Assembly: GCA_964426755.1 (NCBI GenBank)
Contig: CAYRRR010000002.1
Span: forward strand, 1,459 to 65,458
Direction: 5' to 3'
Origin: an uncultured Candidatus Saccharibacteria bacterium
GTDB taxonomy: Bacteria > Patescibacteriota > Saccharimonadia > Saccharimonadales > JAGQNJ01
DNA length: 64,000 nt
Below, piece by piece: positions 28,421 to 37,878 of the stretch. The translations under genes and the position numbers were made by a program. The stretch's first letter is position 1. Each line of letters starts with the position of its first letter. The notes below the pieces were generated by a model. It was not told the origin of the DNA. It searched no databases and saw nothing but the letters and a program-made list of their open reading frames with translations.

Positions 28421-29447
28421 AACTGTTTAGTTTTTCAAAAAGATCATCAATATCACCGTCCAGAGCGGCCGGCAAGTTGCTCCGCGAGTAGCCGATGCGA
28501 TGGTCAGTAATACGATCTTGCGGAAAGTTATAAGTGCGAATCTTTTCTGAACGATCACCAGAACCTATCAGTTTACGGCGTGCATCTGATAGCTCTTTTT
28601 GTTCGGCCTCAATTTTTTGAGCTAACAAACGCGAGCGCAGTACACTCATTGCTTTGTCTTTGTTTTTAAGTTGTGACTTTTCGTCTTGGTTGGCTACAAC
28701 TAAACCGGTCGGAATATGGGTGATACGTACTGCTGAGTCTGTTGTGTTAACAGATTGACCGCCGTGTCCTGACGCTCGGTAGACGTCAATTCGCAGGTCA
28801 CTTGGCTTAATTTCTATGTCACTTTCTTCCGCTTCTGGTAAAACGGCTACCGTTACCGTGCTGGTATGCACGCGCCCTTGGCTCTCTGTGGCAGGCACAC
28901 GCTGTACGCGGTGAACGCCTGCTTCAAACTTAAAGTTTTTGTACGCGTCAGTGCCTCGTATTGCAACGGTAACCTCTTTAAAGCCACCAGCTTCTGACGG
29001 GCTTTGATTAATGAGTTCTAGCTTGAAACCATGGTTTTCTGCCCATCGTGTATACATTCGGTATAAATCACCGGCAAATAAGCTGGCTTCATCACCTCCG
29101 GCAGCGGCTCTGATTTCTAAAATACAGTCGCGTTCATCGTTCGGGTCTTTAGGGATGAGCACCTCTGTTAAACGAGCTTCATTTATTGCCAGTGCAGACG
29201 CTGTTTTTTGAAGTTCCTCCTGCGCGAGCGTCACCATCTCTGCGTCGTCGCTATTGGTGAGCTCTGTTGCTTCTTTTAATGAACGCTCCAATTTCTTTTT
29301 TTGGTCAAAAAGAGTAATGATATCTTCTAATTTGCTTTGCCGGCGGGCAATTTTTGGGTAGCTAGGGTCACTAAAGATAGTAGGGTCTTGTAGCTTTTGC
29401 TGTATTTTGGCCAGTTCGGCACGTAGTTGAGCTTCTTTTTCTTGCAT
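28389..29447 (-). CDS. prfA: Peptide chain release factor 1
   Basis: GGQ ([18 protein letters not shown]) and the RF1 tripeptide PAT (RVPATESQ). Confidence 0.9.
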   Translation of the reverse strand: MQEKEAQLRAELAKIQQKLQDPTIFSDPSYPKIARRQSKLEDIITLFDQKKKLERSLKEATELTNSDDAEMVTLAQEELQKTASALAINEARLTEVLIPKDPNDERDCILEIRAAAGGDEASLFAGDLYRMYTRWAENHGFKLELINQSPSEAGGFKEVTVAIRGTDAYKNFKFEAGVHRVQRVPATESQGRVHTSTVTVAVLPEAEESDIEIKPSDLRIDVYRASGHGGQSVNTTDSAVRITHIPTGLVVANQDEKSQLKNKDKAMSVLRSRLLAQKIEAEQKELSDARRKLIGSGDRSEKIRTYNFPQDRITDHRIGYSRSNLPAALDGDIDDLFEKLNSYERQLISDDK

Positions 29448-29514
29448 GAATATTCTCTAGTATAAATGAAAACCGCTCCGATGTTGATATTCAGAGCGGT
29501 AAACGTAAAAATAG

Positions 29515-29865
29515 TTACTTATCGTTAGATGGGGCGGCTTTTTCTTTAGCTTTTGCCGCCTTCTTGTCAGCCTGTTTGGTTTTCTTGCTGGCTGCGTTTT
29601 GACGAGCTGCCTGCGCCTTTGCTGCTGCTTCGCGACGGGCTTTAAATTTATCTACACGACCTTCAATGTCAAGCAACTTTTCTTGACCGGTATAGAAGGG
29701 ATGTGATGAGCTTGAAATGTGGATTTTTACCAATGGATATTCAACGCCATCAAGCGTAATGGTATCGCTAGTAGCCACGGTTGATTTCGTGACGTACGTG
29801 GTGTTGTCGTTGAGGTCTTGAAAAACGACCGGACGATAATTTTTGGGGTGCAAATCTTTCTTCAT
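29515..29865 (-). CDS. rpmE: Ribosomal protein L31 (non-zinc type) with Lys/Ala-rich C-terminal extension
   Basis: MKKDLHPKNYRPVVF...HPFYTG core, then a roughly 45-aa KA-rich tail. Confidence 0.82.
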   Translation of the reverse strand: MKKDLHPKNYRPVVFQDLNDNTTYVTKSTVATSDTITLDGVEYPLVKIHISSSSHPFYTGQEKLLDIEGRVDKFKARREAAAKAQAARQNAASKKTKQADKKAAKAKEKAAPSNDK

Positions 29866-30053
29866 AGTCAGAGCAGTATTATACACAGCTAACCAACAGA
29901 GGTCAACAGTTTAATCTTATTTTGCTTCACCGTAGATTTCTAGTAGATTTCTAACGGAAGAGATGTTTATCGTGACCCTATCTCTTTATTGTACCATAGA
30001 ATGTATGCAAAGTCAATAGATGTAGAATAAAACAAAGCAGATAGCCTGGCCGC

Positions 30054-30082
30054 TTGCAACAGAGGTGACGATGTGCTATACT
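30054..30082 (+). promoter_or_regulatory. Sigma-70-type promoter upstream of rpsB
   Basis: TTGCAA, 17-nt spacer, TATACT, about 105 nt upstream of the rpsB ATG. Confidence 0.45.
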
Positions 30083-30189
30083 CGTCAAGTAAACAACTAA
30101 GCAGGAGAGCTGGTAATCCTTCCTGGGTATCATCCGTGTAGGTATGCCTCGGGCTGCAGCTCTACCGAAGAAGAAAGGATTTATAAACA

Positions 30190-30906
30190 ATGGCATCTGT
30201 TGATGTTGATATTAAAAAATTACTTGAAGCTGGGGCTCATTTTGGCCACAAAGCTTCACGTTGGCACCCTAAAATGGCGCCATATATTCACTCAAAGCGT
30301 GAAGGTACCTATATTATTGATCTTACTAAAACCGTAGCGGCTCTACAGGATGCAATGAATTTTGTTGAGAAGTCTGTGGCTGAGGGCAAGCAGGTCTTGG
30401 TTGTAGGTACAAAGCGTCAGGCTCGCGATATTGCTAAAAAACTGGCAGAAGACACTGCTATGCCTTATGTTACCGAACGCTGGCTTGGCGGGATGCTTAC
30501 AAATCAAAACACTATTGGCGGCCGCGTTAAGCATCTGAAAGACCTAGAAGGACGCATGGAATCTGGTCAGCTGGCAGCGAAATATAACAAACTTGAGCTA
30601 CAGCGGTATCAAGAAGAAATTGATCATATGAACAGTCTCTACGGCGGTATTAAGAGTATGGTGGCTAAACCGGGAATAGTCTTTGTATTCGATGTTTTAA
30701 CTGATCAAAATGCGGTTAGAGAGGCTAAAAAGCTGAATATTCCAATTGTCGGCTTGGTTGATACGAATGCGGATCCAAGTGATATTACATATCCGATTCC
30801 TGCCAATGACGACGCTATTAAAACGCTGCAGCTAGTAGCGGATTATGTGAAGCAAGCCATTGAAAACGGCAAAAGCAAACAAAAGAAAACCGAAGATAAG
30901 AAATAG
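30190..30906 (+). CDS. rpsB: Ribosomal protein S2
   Basis: LLEAGAHFGHKASRWHPKM is the canonical uS2 N-terminus. Confidence 0.93.
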   Translation: MASVDVDIKKLLEAGAHFGHKASRWHPKMAPYIHSKREGTYIIDLTKTVAALQDAMNFVEKSVAEGKQVLVVGTKRQARDIAKKLAEDTAMPYVTERWLGGMLTNQNTIGGRVKHLKDLEGRMESGQLAAKYNKLELQRYQEEIDHMNSLYGGIKSMVAKPGIVFVFDVLTDQNAVREAKKLNIPIVGLVDTNADPSDITYPIPANDDAIKTLQLVADYVKQAIENGKSKQKKTEDKK

Positions 30907-30915
30907 GGAGGAAGT

Positions 30916-31506
30916 ATGGACATTGAATCAATTAAGCGCTTGCGTGAATTAACTGGTGTCGGCATTACCGATGCTAAAAAAGCCTTGGTAGAGGCTGACG
31001 GCGACTTTGACAAAGCACTTGAGGCTATGCGTAAAAAAGGCCTGACTAAGGCAGAAAAGCGTGGTGAACGCGAAGCTCGCACCGGCGTAATAGGTACGTA
31101 CAATCATGATGGGCGTATTGGCGTTTTGGTAGAAGTAAACTGTGAGACTGACTTTGTGGCCCGAAACGAAATATTTACTGATTTGGTAAAAGATATCAGC
31201 ATGCACGTTGCAGCTGCCTCACCTCAATACATTAGTGCAGATGACATTCCCGCAGAAGAAACCGACAAAGTCCGGGCAGAGTTTAGCGAAAAGGCTAAGG
31301 CAGAAGGTAAGCCGGCCGATATGATTGATAAGATTGTCGATGGTATGCTCACAAAACATTTTGCAGAACGATGCTTGCTCGATCAGCCATTTGTCAAAAA
31401 TCCTGACCAGACCGTTGGTGAGCTTGTAAAAGAGCACATTGCCAAACTTGGCGAGAACATTGTGGTGCGCCGTATAAGTCGCATGCAACTTGGCGAAGTA
31501 GAGTAA
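30916..31506 (+). CDS. tsf: Elongation factor Ts
   Basis: IKRLRELTGVGITDAKKAL (UBA-like N-terminus). Follows rpsB. Confidence 0.9.
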   Translation: MDIESIKRLRELTGVGITDAKKALVEADGDFDKALEAMRKKGLTKAEKRGEREARTGVIGTYNHDGRIGVLVEVNCETDFVARNEIFTDLVKDISMHVAAASPQYISADDIPAEETDKVRAEFSEKAKAEGKPADMIDKIVDGMLTKHFAERCLLDQPFVKNPDQTVGELVKEHIAKLGENIVVRRISRMQLGEVE

Positions 31507-31524
31507 GCTTTTAATCTTTGTTGT

Positions 31525-32307
31525 GTGATGAGTAGAGGTAAATGGATAGCTACACCAGAAGTCTATGACGCAACTGGGGCAGAAATAACTATTGGCGACA
31601 TTGGTTTGCCGCATGGCCTGGACTCAGAACGGATTCAGTTTAATGTAGATGCGCTCCGACGCGGCGTAATAAGCTGGGGTGGGTATGCCGCCTTGGTTTT
31701 GGGGTCGCGAGCCGGGGAGCGAGACAAGATTGCGCCGCACGTATCAGGTGTGAATGAGGATGGCTCAATAACCGGCGTTTCGTCTCGAACAGAACGAGCC
31801 GAACTGGCGACGAGTTCATCAGATCAGAACACATTATTAGAGAGATTGAATGTTCGCAACGGCACACTTTATGTAAAGCTAAACTCTACTGTCTTAAATG
31901 ATAGAGCAACGTTAGAGGAGCAATTTGACCCTGCTTTTAAAGCTAGGCAGCTTAATCGCGCATTGAAGAAACCAATAATACATGCAGTGACGAAGCATAG
32001 CACCAGTGGTAGACTTAGGGTGTCTAATCCATTTGGTGTGGCCCTTGACGGGATGCTTCTCAGTTCATCTGTAATGAGTTATGTAGAGCGTGATCCAAGC
32101 CTTTTTATAAGTCTACTTTTATTGAATATGACAGGGCAAAAGGGTGTTATACCACTCATGAACAAAAACAGCTATGGTGTTCCTTATGGTGACACCGTGA
32201 CAGATCCAGTGTTTGTTTCAATGAGGCCAACGCGAGCAATCATGGCTGCTGGCACGCTAGCATCACAGCGACTTGTGCGGGCTACGCCTCTTAAGTCTGA
32301 ATCATAA
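31525..32307 (+). CDS. Hypothetical protein occupying the usual pyrH slot
   Basis: 260-aa ORF between tsf and frr. It lacks the UMP-kinase/amino-acid-kinase glycine-rich motifs and no family is recognised. Confidence 0.45.
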   Translation: MMSRGKWIATPEVYDATGAEITIGDIGLPHGLDSERIQFNVDALRRGVISWGGYAALVLGSRAGERDKIAPHVSGVNEDGSITGVSSRTERAELATSSSDQNTLLERLNVRNGTLYVKLNSTVLNDRATLEEQFDPAFKARQLNRALKKPIIHAVTKHSTSGRLRVSNPFGVALDGMLLSSSVMSYVERDPSLFISLLLLNMTGQKGVIPLMNKNSYGVPYGDTVTDPVFVSMRPTRAIMAAGTLASQRLVRATPLKSES

Positions 32308-32342
32308 AATATGATAAAATAAACCTACAGAAAGGGAGTTTT

Positions 32343-32906
32343 ATGGATATTAATCAAGTGGTTGAAACTACTAAAGAAAAGCTTGAAGCTACAGTTAAAC
32401 GCTTTGAGGAAGAGCTAAAAAAACTCCGAACAGGTCGTGCAAGTGCAGCTATGCTTGACGGTGTTATGGTTGAAGCGTATGGCTCTCAAATGCCACTCAA
32501 TCAGGTGGCAAACGTGACTGCTCCCGAGGCGCAATTACTTCAGATTACACCATTCGACCCCAATAATTTAGCGGCAATTAGTGCAGCGATTCGCGACAAT
32601 CAATCGCTTGGACTGAACCCGGCTGATGATGGCCGCGTTGTGCGAGTGCCAATTCCGCCGCTCACAGAAGAACGACGACGTGAAATCACGAAACAAGTTG
32701 GTGTCAAATTAGAAGAAACTATGATCGTCATGCGCGGTATCAGACATGAAGCGCTCGATGTAATTGATGATGCGAAAAAAAATAAATCTCTTGGTGAAGA
32801 TGAAGCCAAGCGCTTGTCGCAGCAAGTTGAAGATACAATGAATAAAACTAAAGTAGCAGCTGAGGCTGTTGCCAAAAATAAAGAACAAGAAATTATGACT
32901 GTCTAG
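32343..32906 (+). CDS. frr: Ribosome recycling factor
   Basis: RRF pattern (LKKLRTGRASAAMLDGV...; R-E-I-T-K). Confidence 0.92.
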   Translation: MDINQVVETTKEKLEATVKRFEEELKKLRTGRASAAMLDGVMVEAYGSQMPLNQVANVTAPEAQLLQITPFDPNNLAAISAAIRDNQSLGLNPADDGRVVRVPIPPLTEERRREITKQVGVKLEETMIVMRGIRHEALDVIDDAKKNKSLGEDEAKRLSQQVEDTMNKTKVAAEAVAKNKEQEIMTV

Positions 32907-32940
32907 TCTCTGTAGAGGCTGATAGAGTTGTACAATAAAT

Positions 32941-33636
32941 ATGATGAAAGTACAGAACATCCCAGATCATGTAGGTATAATCCTGGACGGAAACCGACGT
33001 TGGGCAAAAGCGCGAGGTTTGACTACGCTTGAAGGGCATCGCAAGGGCGCAGAAGTTTTTCGGGAGGTTGCCTTGGCTGCATTTGATCGCGGCGTTTCGT
33101 ATCTTAGCGCTTATATTTTTTCCACAGATAACTGGAATCGCTCAAATGAAGAGGTTTCGTATCTGATGAAGTTAGTTATTAAAGCAGTCGAACGTTATCT
33201 TGATGAATTCCATAAACGAGGCATTAAGATACTTATTATTGGTAGGCGCGACCAAGTGAGCAAAGAAGTAATAAATGCAGTTGAGAAAACAGAATTAAAG
33301 ACTAAAGATAATAAAAACGGCTGCCTGGTGCTCTGTTTTAACTATGGCGGTCATGAAGAGATTGCCGATGCGGTTAATAAAATATTGGCTGAAAATAAGC
33401 ACATAACCAGAATAGAGCCCGCCTTAATTGAACAAAACTTGTATGCACCTGAAGTGCCGTCTATTGATCTGCTGATAAGGACTTCAGGCGAACAAAGAAC
33501 CAGCGGCTTTATGTTGTGGCGATCTGATTATGCCGAACTGATCTTTAGTGATTTGCTGTGGCCTGATTATAGCGTAAGCGCACTTGATGAGGCGTTAACA
33601 GAGTATAATAAAAGACAAAGAAGGTTTGGAGGTTAA
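32941..33636 (+). CDS. uppS: Undecaprenyl diphosphate synthase
   Basis: HVGIILDGNRRWA and GRRDQ motifs. Confidence 0.9.
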   Translation: MMKVQNIPDHVGIILDGNRRWAKARGLTTLEGHRKGAEVFREVALAAFDRGVSYLSAYIFSTDNWNRSNEEVSYLMKLVIKAVERYLDEFHKRGIKILIIGRRDQVSKEVINAVEKTELKTKDNKNGCLVLCFNYGGHEEIADAVNKILAENKHITRIEPALIEQNLYAPEVPSIDLLIRTSGEQRTSGFMLWRSDYAELIFSDLLWPDYSVSALDEALTEYNKRQRRFGG

Positions 33637-34764
33637 GTGTCTGTTATTTTGATCATTATAGGTATTTTATTATTTATAACGCTTGTTGTTTTGCATGAGT
33701 TTGGTCATTTTGTGCTTGCTCGCCGTAATGGGGTTGAGGTTGAAGAGTTTGGCATAGGCTTTCCGCCGAGAGCATGGGGTAAAAAATTAAAAAGCGGTTT
33801 ACTTTTCACAATAAACTGGCTGCCGCTCGGAGGCTTTGTGCGCTTAAAAGGAGAGCATGACGCCAACAAAGAGAAGGGCAGTTATGGTGCTGCTAGCCTG
33901 TGGGCAAAGACAAAAATAATTATTGCCGGCGTGGTAGTAAATGCATTGCTAGCTGTTTTTATATTTAGCGTGCTGGCATTAGTGGGAATACCAAAGATTC
34001 TGGACAATCAGTTTACGGTTGCGAGCGATACAAAAATAATTAGCCAAAAAGTACTGGTGGGCTTAGTTGATGATGATTCGCCGGCGGCTCAAGCCGGTCT
34101 GCAGCCTCGTGATGAACTACAGTCTATTGGAAACAGTCCGGATGATTCTATGCAAGTCGCTAGTGCCGACAGTTTGCCAGAGATTACAAAGCAGTTTGCT
34201 GGCCAAACTGTATCTATAGTGTACAAGCGTGACGGTGAGCCACACACGACCAAAGCTACTCTTCGCGATAAACAAGAAGTCGAAGCTAGCAAACAAAGCA
34301 ATGAGCCGCTCGGCTATCTTGGAGTGGTGCCGACTGAATTAACTCTGCAGAGGTCTACATGGTCTGCCCCAATTGTTGGCGTTGGCTTAACAAAACAGGT
34401 GGCTACTTTAACCTATAAAGGTCTTGGTAATATTGTCACGAGTTTAGTGAGGGGTGATGCAAAACAGGCCTCTAGCCAAGTGTCAGGGCCAGTGGGTGTT
34501 TTTGTGCTACTACGAGACGTTAGTGAACTGGGCTTTCAATTTATTTTAATGATTATTGCCATCATTTCGTTGACACTAGCCATCATGAACTCGTTGCCGA
34601 TCCCGGCACTTGATGGAGGACGCTTATTCGTAACCTATGTATACCGACTTTTGAATAAGCCACTCACCGAGAAGGCAGAAGATATGATTCACGGCATAGG
34701 TTTTATGGTGCTCATCAGCCTCTTTTTGCTTATTACTATTGTTGACGTTGGCAGGTTCTTCTAG
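33637..34764 (+). CDS. rseP: Site-2 protease RseP-like (M50) with PDZ
   Basis: HEFGHF zinc motif, internal PDZ and LDGG. GTG start overlapping the uppS stop. Confidence 0.85.
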   Translation: MSVILIIIGILLFITLVVLHEFGHFVLARRNGVEVEEFGIGFPPRAWGKKLKSGLLFTINWLPLGGFVRLKGEHDANKEKGSYGAASLWAKTKIIIAGVVVNALLAVFIFSVLALVGIPKILDNQFTVASDTKIISQKVLVGLVDDDSPAAQAGLQPRDELQSIGNSPDDSMQVASADSLPEITKQFAGQTVSIVYKRDGEPHTTKATLRDKQEVEASKQSNEPLGYLGVVPTELTLQRSTWSAPIVGVGLTKQVATLTYKGLGNIVTSLVRGDAKQASSQVSGPVGVFVLLRDVSELGFQFILMIIAIISLTLAIMNSLPIPALDGGRLFVTYVYRLLNKPLTEKAEDMIHGIGFMVLISLFLLITIVDVGRFF

Positions 34765-35531
34765 TGCAGTCCGGGGTAAGGCAAGAAAATACCCTCAAAC
34801 AACCTTTTTACGGACCAGTTGCGTCGTTGTTGTTAACGGTTGTCATATTTTTTGGTGCCCAAATTGTAGCTAGTTTAGTGCTTTTTGCAATTGCACAATT
34901 ATTCGGCATAAAAGAACATGAGATAGAAACTTTCTTTTCGCGATCGGTGGGGCAGTTTGTTTTTGTTTGTATCGCAAATGCTTTAATTTTAGGGTCTTTA
35001 CACTGGTTAATTAAGCGAAAGAATGGCTCGTGGAAAGATTTAGGCCTAGCTTGGCCGAAACTTAATGACGCTGGACGGGCACTACTTGCATATGGCATAT
35101 ATATATTATTGCTTATTGTGATAACGGCTGTTGCAAAGGCAGTTTATCCAGCACTTGATATAGAACAAGAACAACAAATTGGCTTTGAGGCTAATCAGGG
35201 GATTTTGAATTTGTTGATGGCTGGTGTTAGTTTGGTTATTCTGCCGCCAATTATTGAAGAATTATTGTGTCGAGGTTTTCTGTATACCGGTCTCCGGACA
35301 AAGTTATCGGTGATTCCTTCCGCAATTATTACTAGTGTCGTTTTTGCGGTAGCACACTTACAGTTTGGCAGCGGTGCGCCGCTGCTATGGGTAGCTGCGA
35401 TTGACACGTTCGTCTTATCACTGGTACTTGTATATTTACGTGAGAGTACCGGTAAACTGGCCGCGCCGATGTTGCTTCACGGTATAAAAAATGCAATCGC
35501 CTTTAGCTTGCTCTTTATTTTCGTGCAATAA
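34764..35531 (+). CDS. CPBP (CAAX protease/Abi) family intramembrane metalloprotease
   Basis: EELLCRGF, FAVAHL and HGIKN motifs in a polytopic membrane protein. Confidence 0.78.
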   Translation: MQSGVRQENTLKQPFYGPVASLLLTVVIFFGAQIVASLVLFAIAQLFGIKEHEIETFFSRSVGQFVFVCIANALILGSLHWLIKRKNGSWKDLGLAWPKLNDAGRALLAYGIYILLLIVITAVAKAVYPALDIEQEQQIGFEANQGILNLLMAGVSLVILPPIIEELLCRGFLYTGLRTKLSVIPSAIITSVVFAVAHLQFGSGAPLLWVAAIDTFVLSLVLVYLRESTGKLAAPMLLHGIKNAIAFSLLFIFVQ

Positions 35532-35589
35532 GTGGTATAATACAAGACTATGAATTGCAAAACTGTCTTCGAACTTGACGTTCCGATGC

Positions 35590-35614
35590 CACCCGCTTAG
35601 GGTGTTATTTTTGT
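35590..35614 (+). terminator. Rho-independent terminator after the uppS-rseP-CPBP operon
   Basis: CACCC-GCUUA-GGGUG hairpin followed by UUAUUUUUGU. Confidence 0.6.
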
Positions 35615-35640
35615 AATTAATTAAAATGAATGCATATAAC

Positions 35641-35664
35641 GCCCTTCAGTAACGAAGGGCTTTT
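35641..35664 (+). terminator. Second hairpin plus U-tract 13 nt upstream of the next start codon (terminator or attenuator-like)
   Basis: GCCCUUC-AGUAAC-GAAGGGC (7 bp) followed by UUUU, then AAAUUGGAGAAA-ATG. Confidence 0.4.
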
Positions 35665-35676
35665 AAATTGGAGAAA

Positions 35677-36039
35677 ATGATGAGTCAAAATAACAAGATT
35701 GAAGAGTGGGGCGTGGGTGAGTATGCTTGGGCAGAATCTGTCGACGGGATTACGGTGGATGGTTGGCAACTCGAGACAGAAGTTGAGCTTCATGCTCATC
35801 GCTTGGCACGAAGCGTTTGTAGTGAGCAAATAAGCGTGAAAGATTTATGGAGAGGTGTTAGATTTGCAAATGCTCTTGATAGAGAAGCGGTTGAAGTATA
35901 CGGCGCAGATTTATCAGATGGCGAGCAGCAAAAAGAGCGCATTGCGCGTCGGCTCATGCATCATGCCGGCCGGCAGGCATTGTTACTAATCAAAGACGAG
36001 ACTAGGCGCGTTATTTACCGAATTAGCCATAAAATTTAG
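35677..36039 (+). CDS. Hypothetical protein
   Basis: 120-aa ORF with a GGAG RBS. No motif recognised. Confidence 0.4.
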   Translation: MMSQNNKIEEWGVGEYAWAESVDGITVDGWQLETEVELHAHRLARSVCSEQISVKDLWRGVRFANALDREAVEVYGADLSDGEQQKERIARRLMHHAGRQALLLIKDETRRVIYRISHKI

Positions 36040-36067
36040 TACAATAAATGAAAAGAGAGGAAGAATA

Positions 36068-37327
36068 ATGAGAACATCCCAATTATTTACGAAAACTCGT
36101 AAGGAGGCACCTGCCGACGAGACAGCCAAGAACGCTCAGCTTTTGATTCGTGCAGGCTATGTGCATAAAGAAATGGCTGGTGTATACGTTTTTATGCCGC
36201 TTGGTTTACGGGTACTGGAAAACATTAAACAAATTGTCAGAGAAGAGATGGATAATGTGGGTGGTCAAGAAGTGCAAATGACTGTTTTGCAGCCTAAAGA
36301 ACTGTTTGAGAAAACCGATAGATGGGATGATAAAAAAGTAGACAACTGGTTTAAAACAAAGCTAGTCAATGGCACGGAGTTAGGTATGGGCTTAACGCAC
36401 GAAGAGCCAATAGTTGATATGTTGTCAGATTACATCAGTTCTTATAAAGACCTCCCTGTGCTGGCTTATCAGATCCAGACTAAGTTTAGAAACGAACTGA
36501 GAGCTCAAGCGGGGCTATTGCGAGGGCGTGAGTTTGTTATGAAAGATATGTATAGCTTTGCGCGTACCCAAGAAGAGCATGAACAAATTTATGAGAAAGT
36601 CGCGGAAGCATACCACAAGGTTTATGAACGCCTAGGAATTGGTGATATTACCTATAGAACTTACGCTGATGGCGGTATTTTTACGCAACGGTTTAGTGAT
36701 GAATTCCAGATGCTTAGTGAAATTGGAGAAGACACTATTTATATTGATACATCACGCAAGATTGCCGTCAATAAAGAGGTTATAGATGATGAACGGTTGA
36801 AAAATATCGATGTCAATAAAGCCGATCTTAAGGAACATAAGGCTATAGAAGTCGGTAATATTTTTCCCTTAGAAAGTAAATATACAGATGCACTGAATGT
36901 TTTCTATACAGATGCAGATGGCAGTCAACAAAAAATTATTGCCGGCTGTTACGGAATCGGTGTAAGTCGTTTGGTTGGGGCGCTAGCCGAGCATTTTGCA
37001 GACGATAAAGGTTTAGTATGGCCTGAGAATATTGCACCATTTAAAGCGGTACTTTGTACACTTAACCCTGACGAGGCGGTAGTAGGTGCGGCGGATGCTT
37101 TGTATGCCGCTCTTGAAGAGCAAGGAGTATCAATTATGTATGATGATCGTGACGTACGTGCCGGTGAAAAACTTGCTGATGCTGATCTCTTGGGCATTCC
37201 ACACCGCATCGTTATCAGTCCCAAAACGCTTGAGCGCAATCAGTACGAATATAAACATCGCACTTCATCAGTGACCAAAATGTTAAGTCGTGAAGAGCTC
37301 TATAAATTATTGGCACAAACAAACTAA
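36068..37327 (+). CDS. proS: Prolyl-tRNA synthetase (short form without INS editing domain)
   Basis: MRTSQLF...LLIRAGY N-terminus and class II motifs. 419 aa, so the INS editing domain appears absent. Confidence 0.82.
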   Translation: MRTSQLFTKTRKEAPADETAKNAQLLIRAGYVHKEMAGVYVFMPLGLRVLENIKQIVREEMDNVGGQEVQMTVLQPKELFEKTDRWDDKKVDNWFKTKLVNGTELGMGLTHEEPIVDMLSDYISSYKDLPVLAYQIQTKFRNELRAQAGLLRGREFVMKDMYSFARTQEEHEQIYEKVAEAYHKVYERLGIGDITYRTYADGGIFTQRFSDEFQMLSEIGEDTIYIDTSRKIAVNKEVIDDERLKNIDVNKADLKEHKAIEVGNIFPLESKYTDALNVFYTDADGSQQKIIAGCYGIGVSRLVGALAEHFADDKGLVWPENIAPFKAVLCTLNPDEAVVGAADALYAALEEQGVSIMYDDRDVRAGEKLADADLLGIPHRIVISPKTLERNQYEYKHRTSSVTKMLSREELYKLLAQTN

Positions 37328-37412
37328 GGTTGCTATAATACAGGCAAATCACTGATAACATCAAAGACCTATCAGATTGAATTGTTCAGAAAGACAGTGA
37401 GGTAATTAGAGT

Positions 37413-37874
37413 ATGAAAAAACAATTTCATTTAACTAAAGAAGGTATTGCAGAACTAAAGGCAGAACTAAAGGCATTGCAAGCCGAGCGTGTTCCGATTG
37501 CTGAACGCATTAAGACAGCCCGTGAGTTTGGTGACTTAGCTGAAAATGCGGAATACACCGCTGCAAGGGCTGAGCAGGAGCAAACCGAAGGTCGCATAGC
37601 GGAAATCGAGCATATTTTACAAAACGTTAAAGTCATACACAAACCGACAGGTGATAGTAAGGTTCAGTTGGGCTCAAATGTGAAGCTTAAAAGTGCTGAC
37701 GGTAAAACAAAAGAGTTTCAAGTGGTTGGTACGGTTGAAGCTGATCCGATGAATGGCAAGATCTCTGATGAGTCTCCTATTGGTAAGGCGTTATTGGGCA
37801 AAAAAGAGGGCGATGAAGTAGAGATTAAAACACCAGCTGAAACCTCTGCATACGTGATTATTGAAATAGGTTAG
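37413..37874 (+). CDS. greA: Transcription elongation factor GreA
   Basis: N-terminal coiled-coil (LTKEGIAELKAEL...) and an FKBP-like C-terminal domain. Confidence 0.9.
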   Translation: MKKQFHLTKEGIAELKAELKALQAERVPIAERIKTAREFGDLAENAEYTAARAEQEQTEGRIAEIEHILQNVKVIHKPTGDSKVQLGSNVKLKSADGKTKEFQVVGTVEADPMNGKISDESPIGKALLGKKEGDEVEIKTPAETSAYVIIEIG

Positions 37875-37878
37875 ATTT

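Noticed and set aside
31525-32307. Possibility that the tsf-frr intervening ORF is a divergent UMP kinase (pyrH)
   Set aside because: No glycine-rich amino-acid-kinase motifs (e.g. the GGGN/GxG ATP-binding loops) are present. Only the size and position match.
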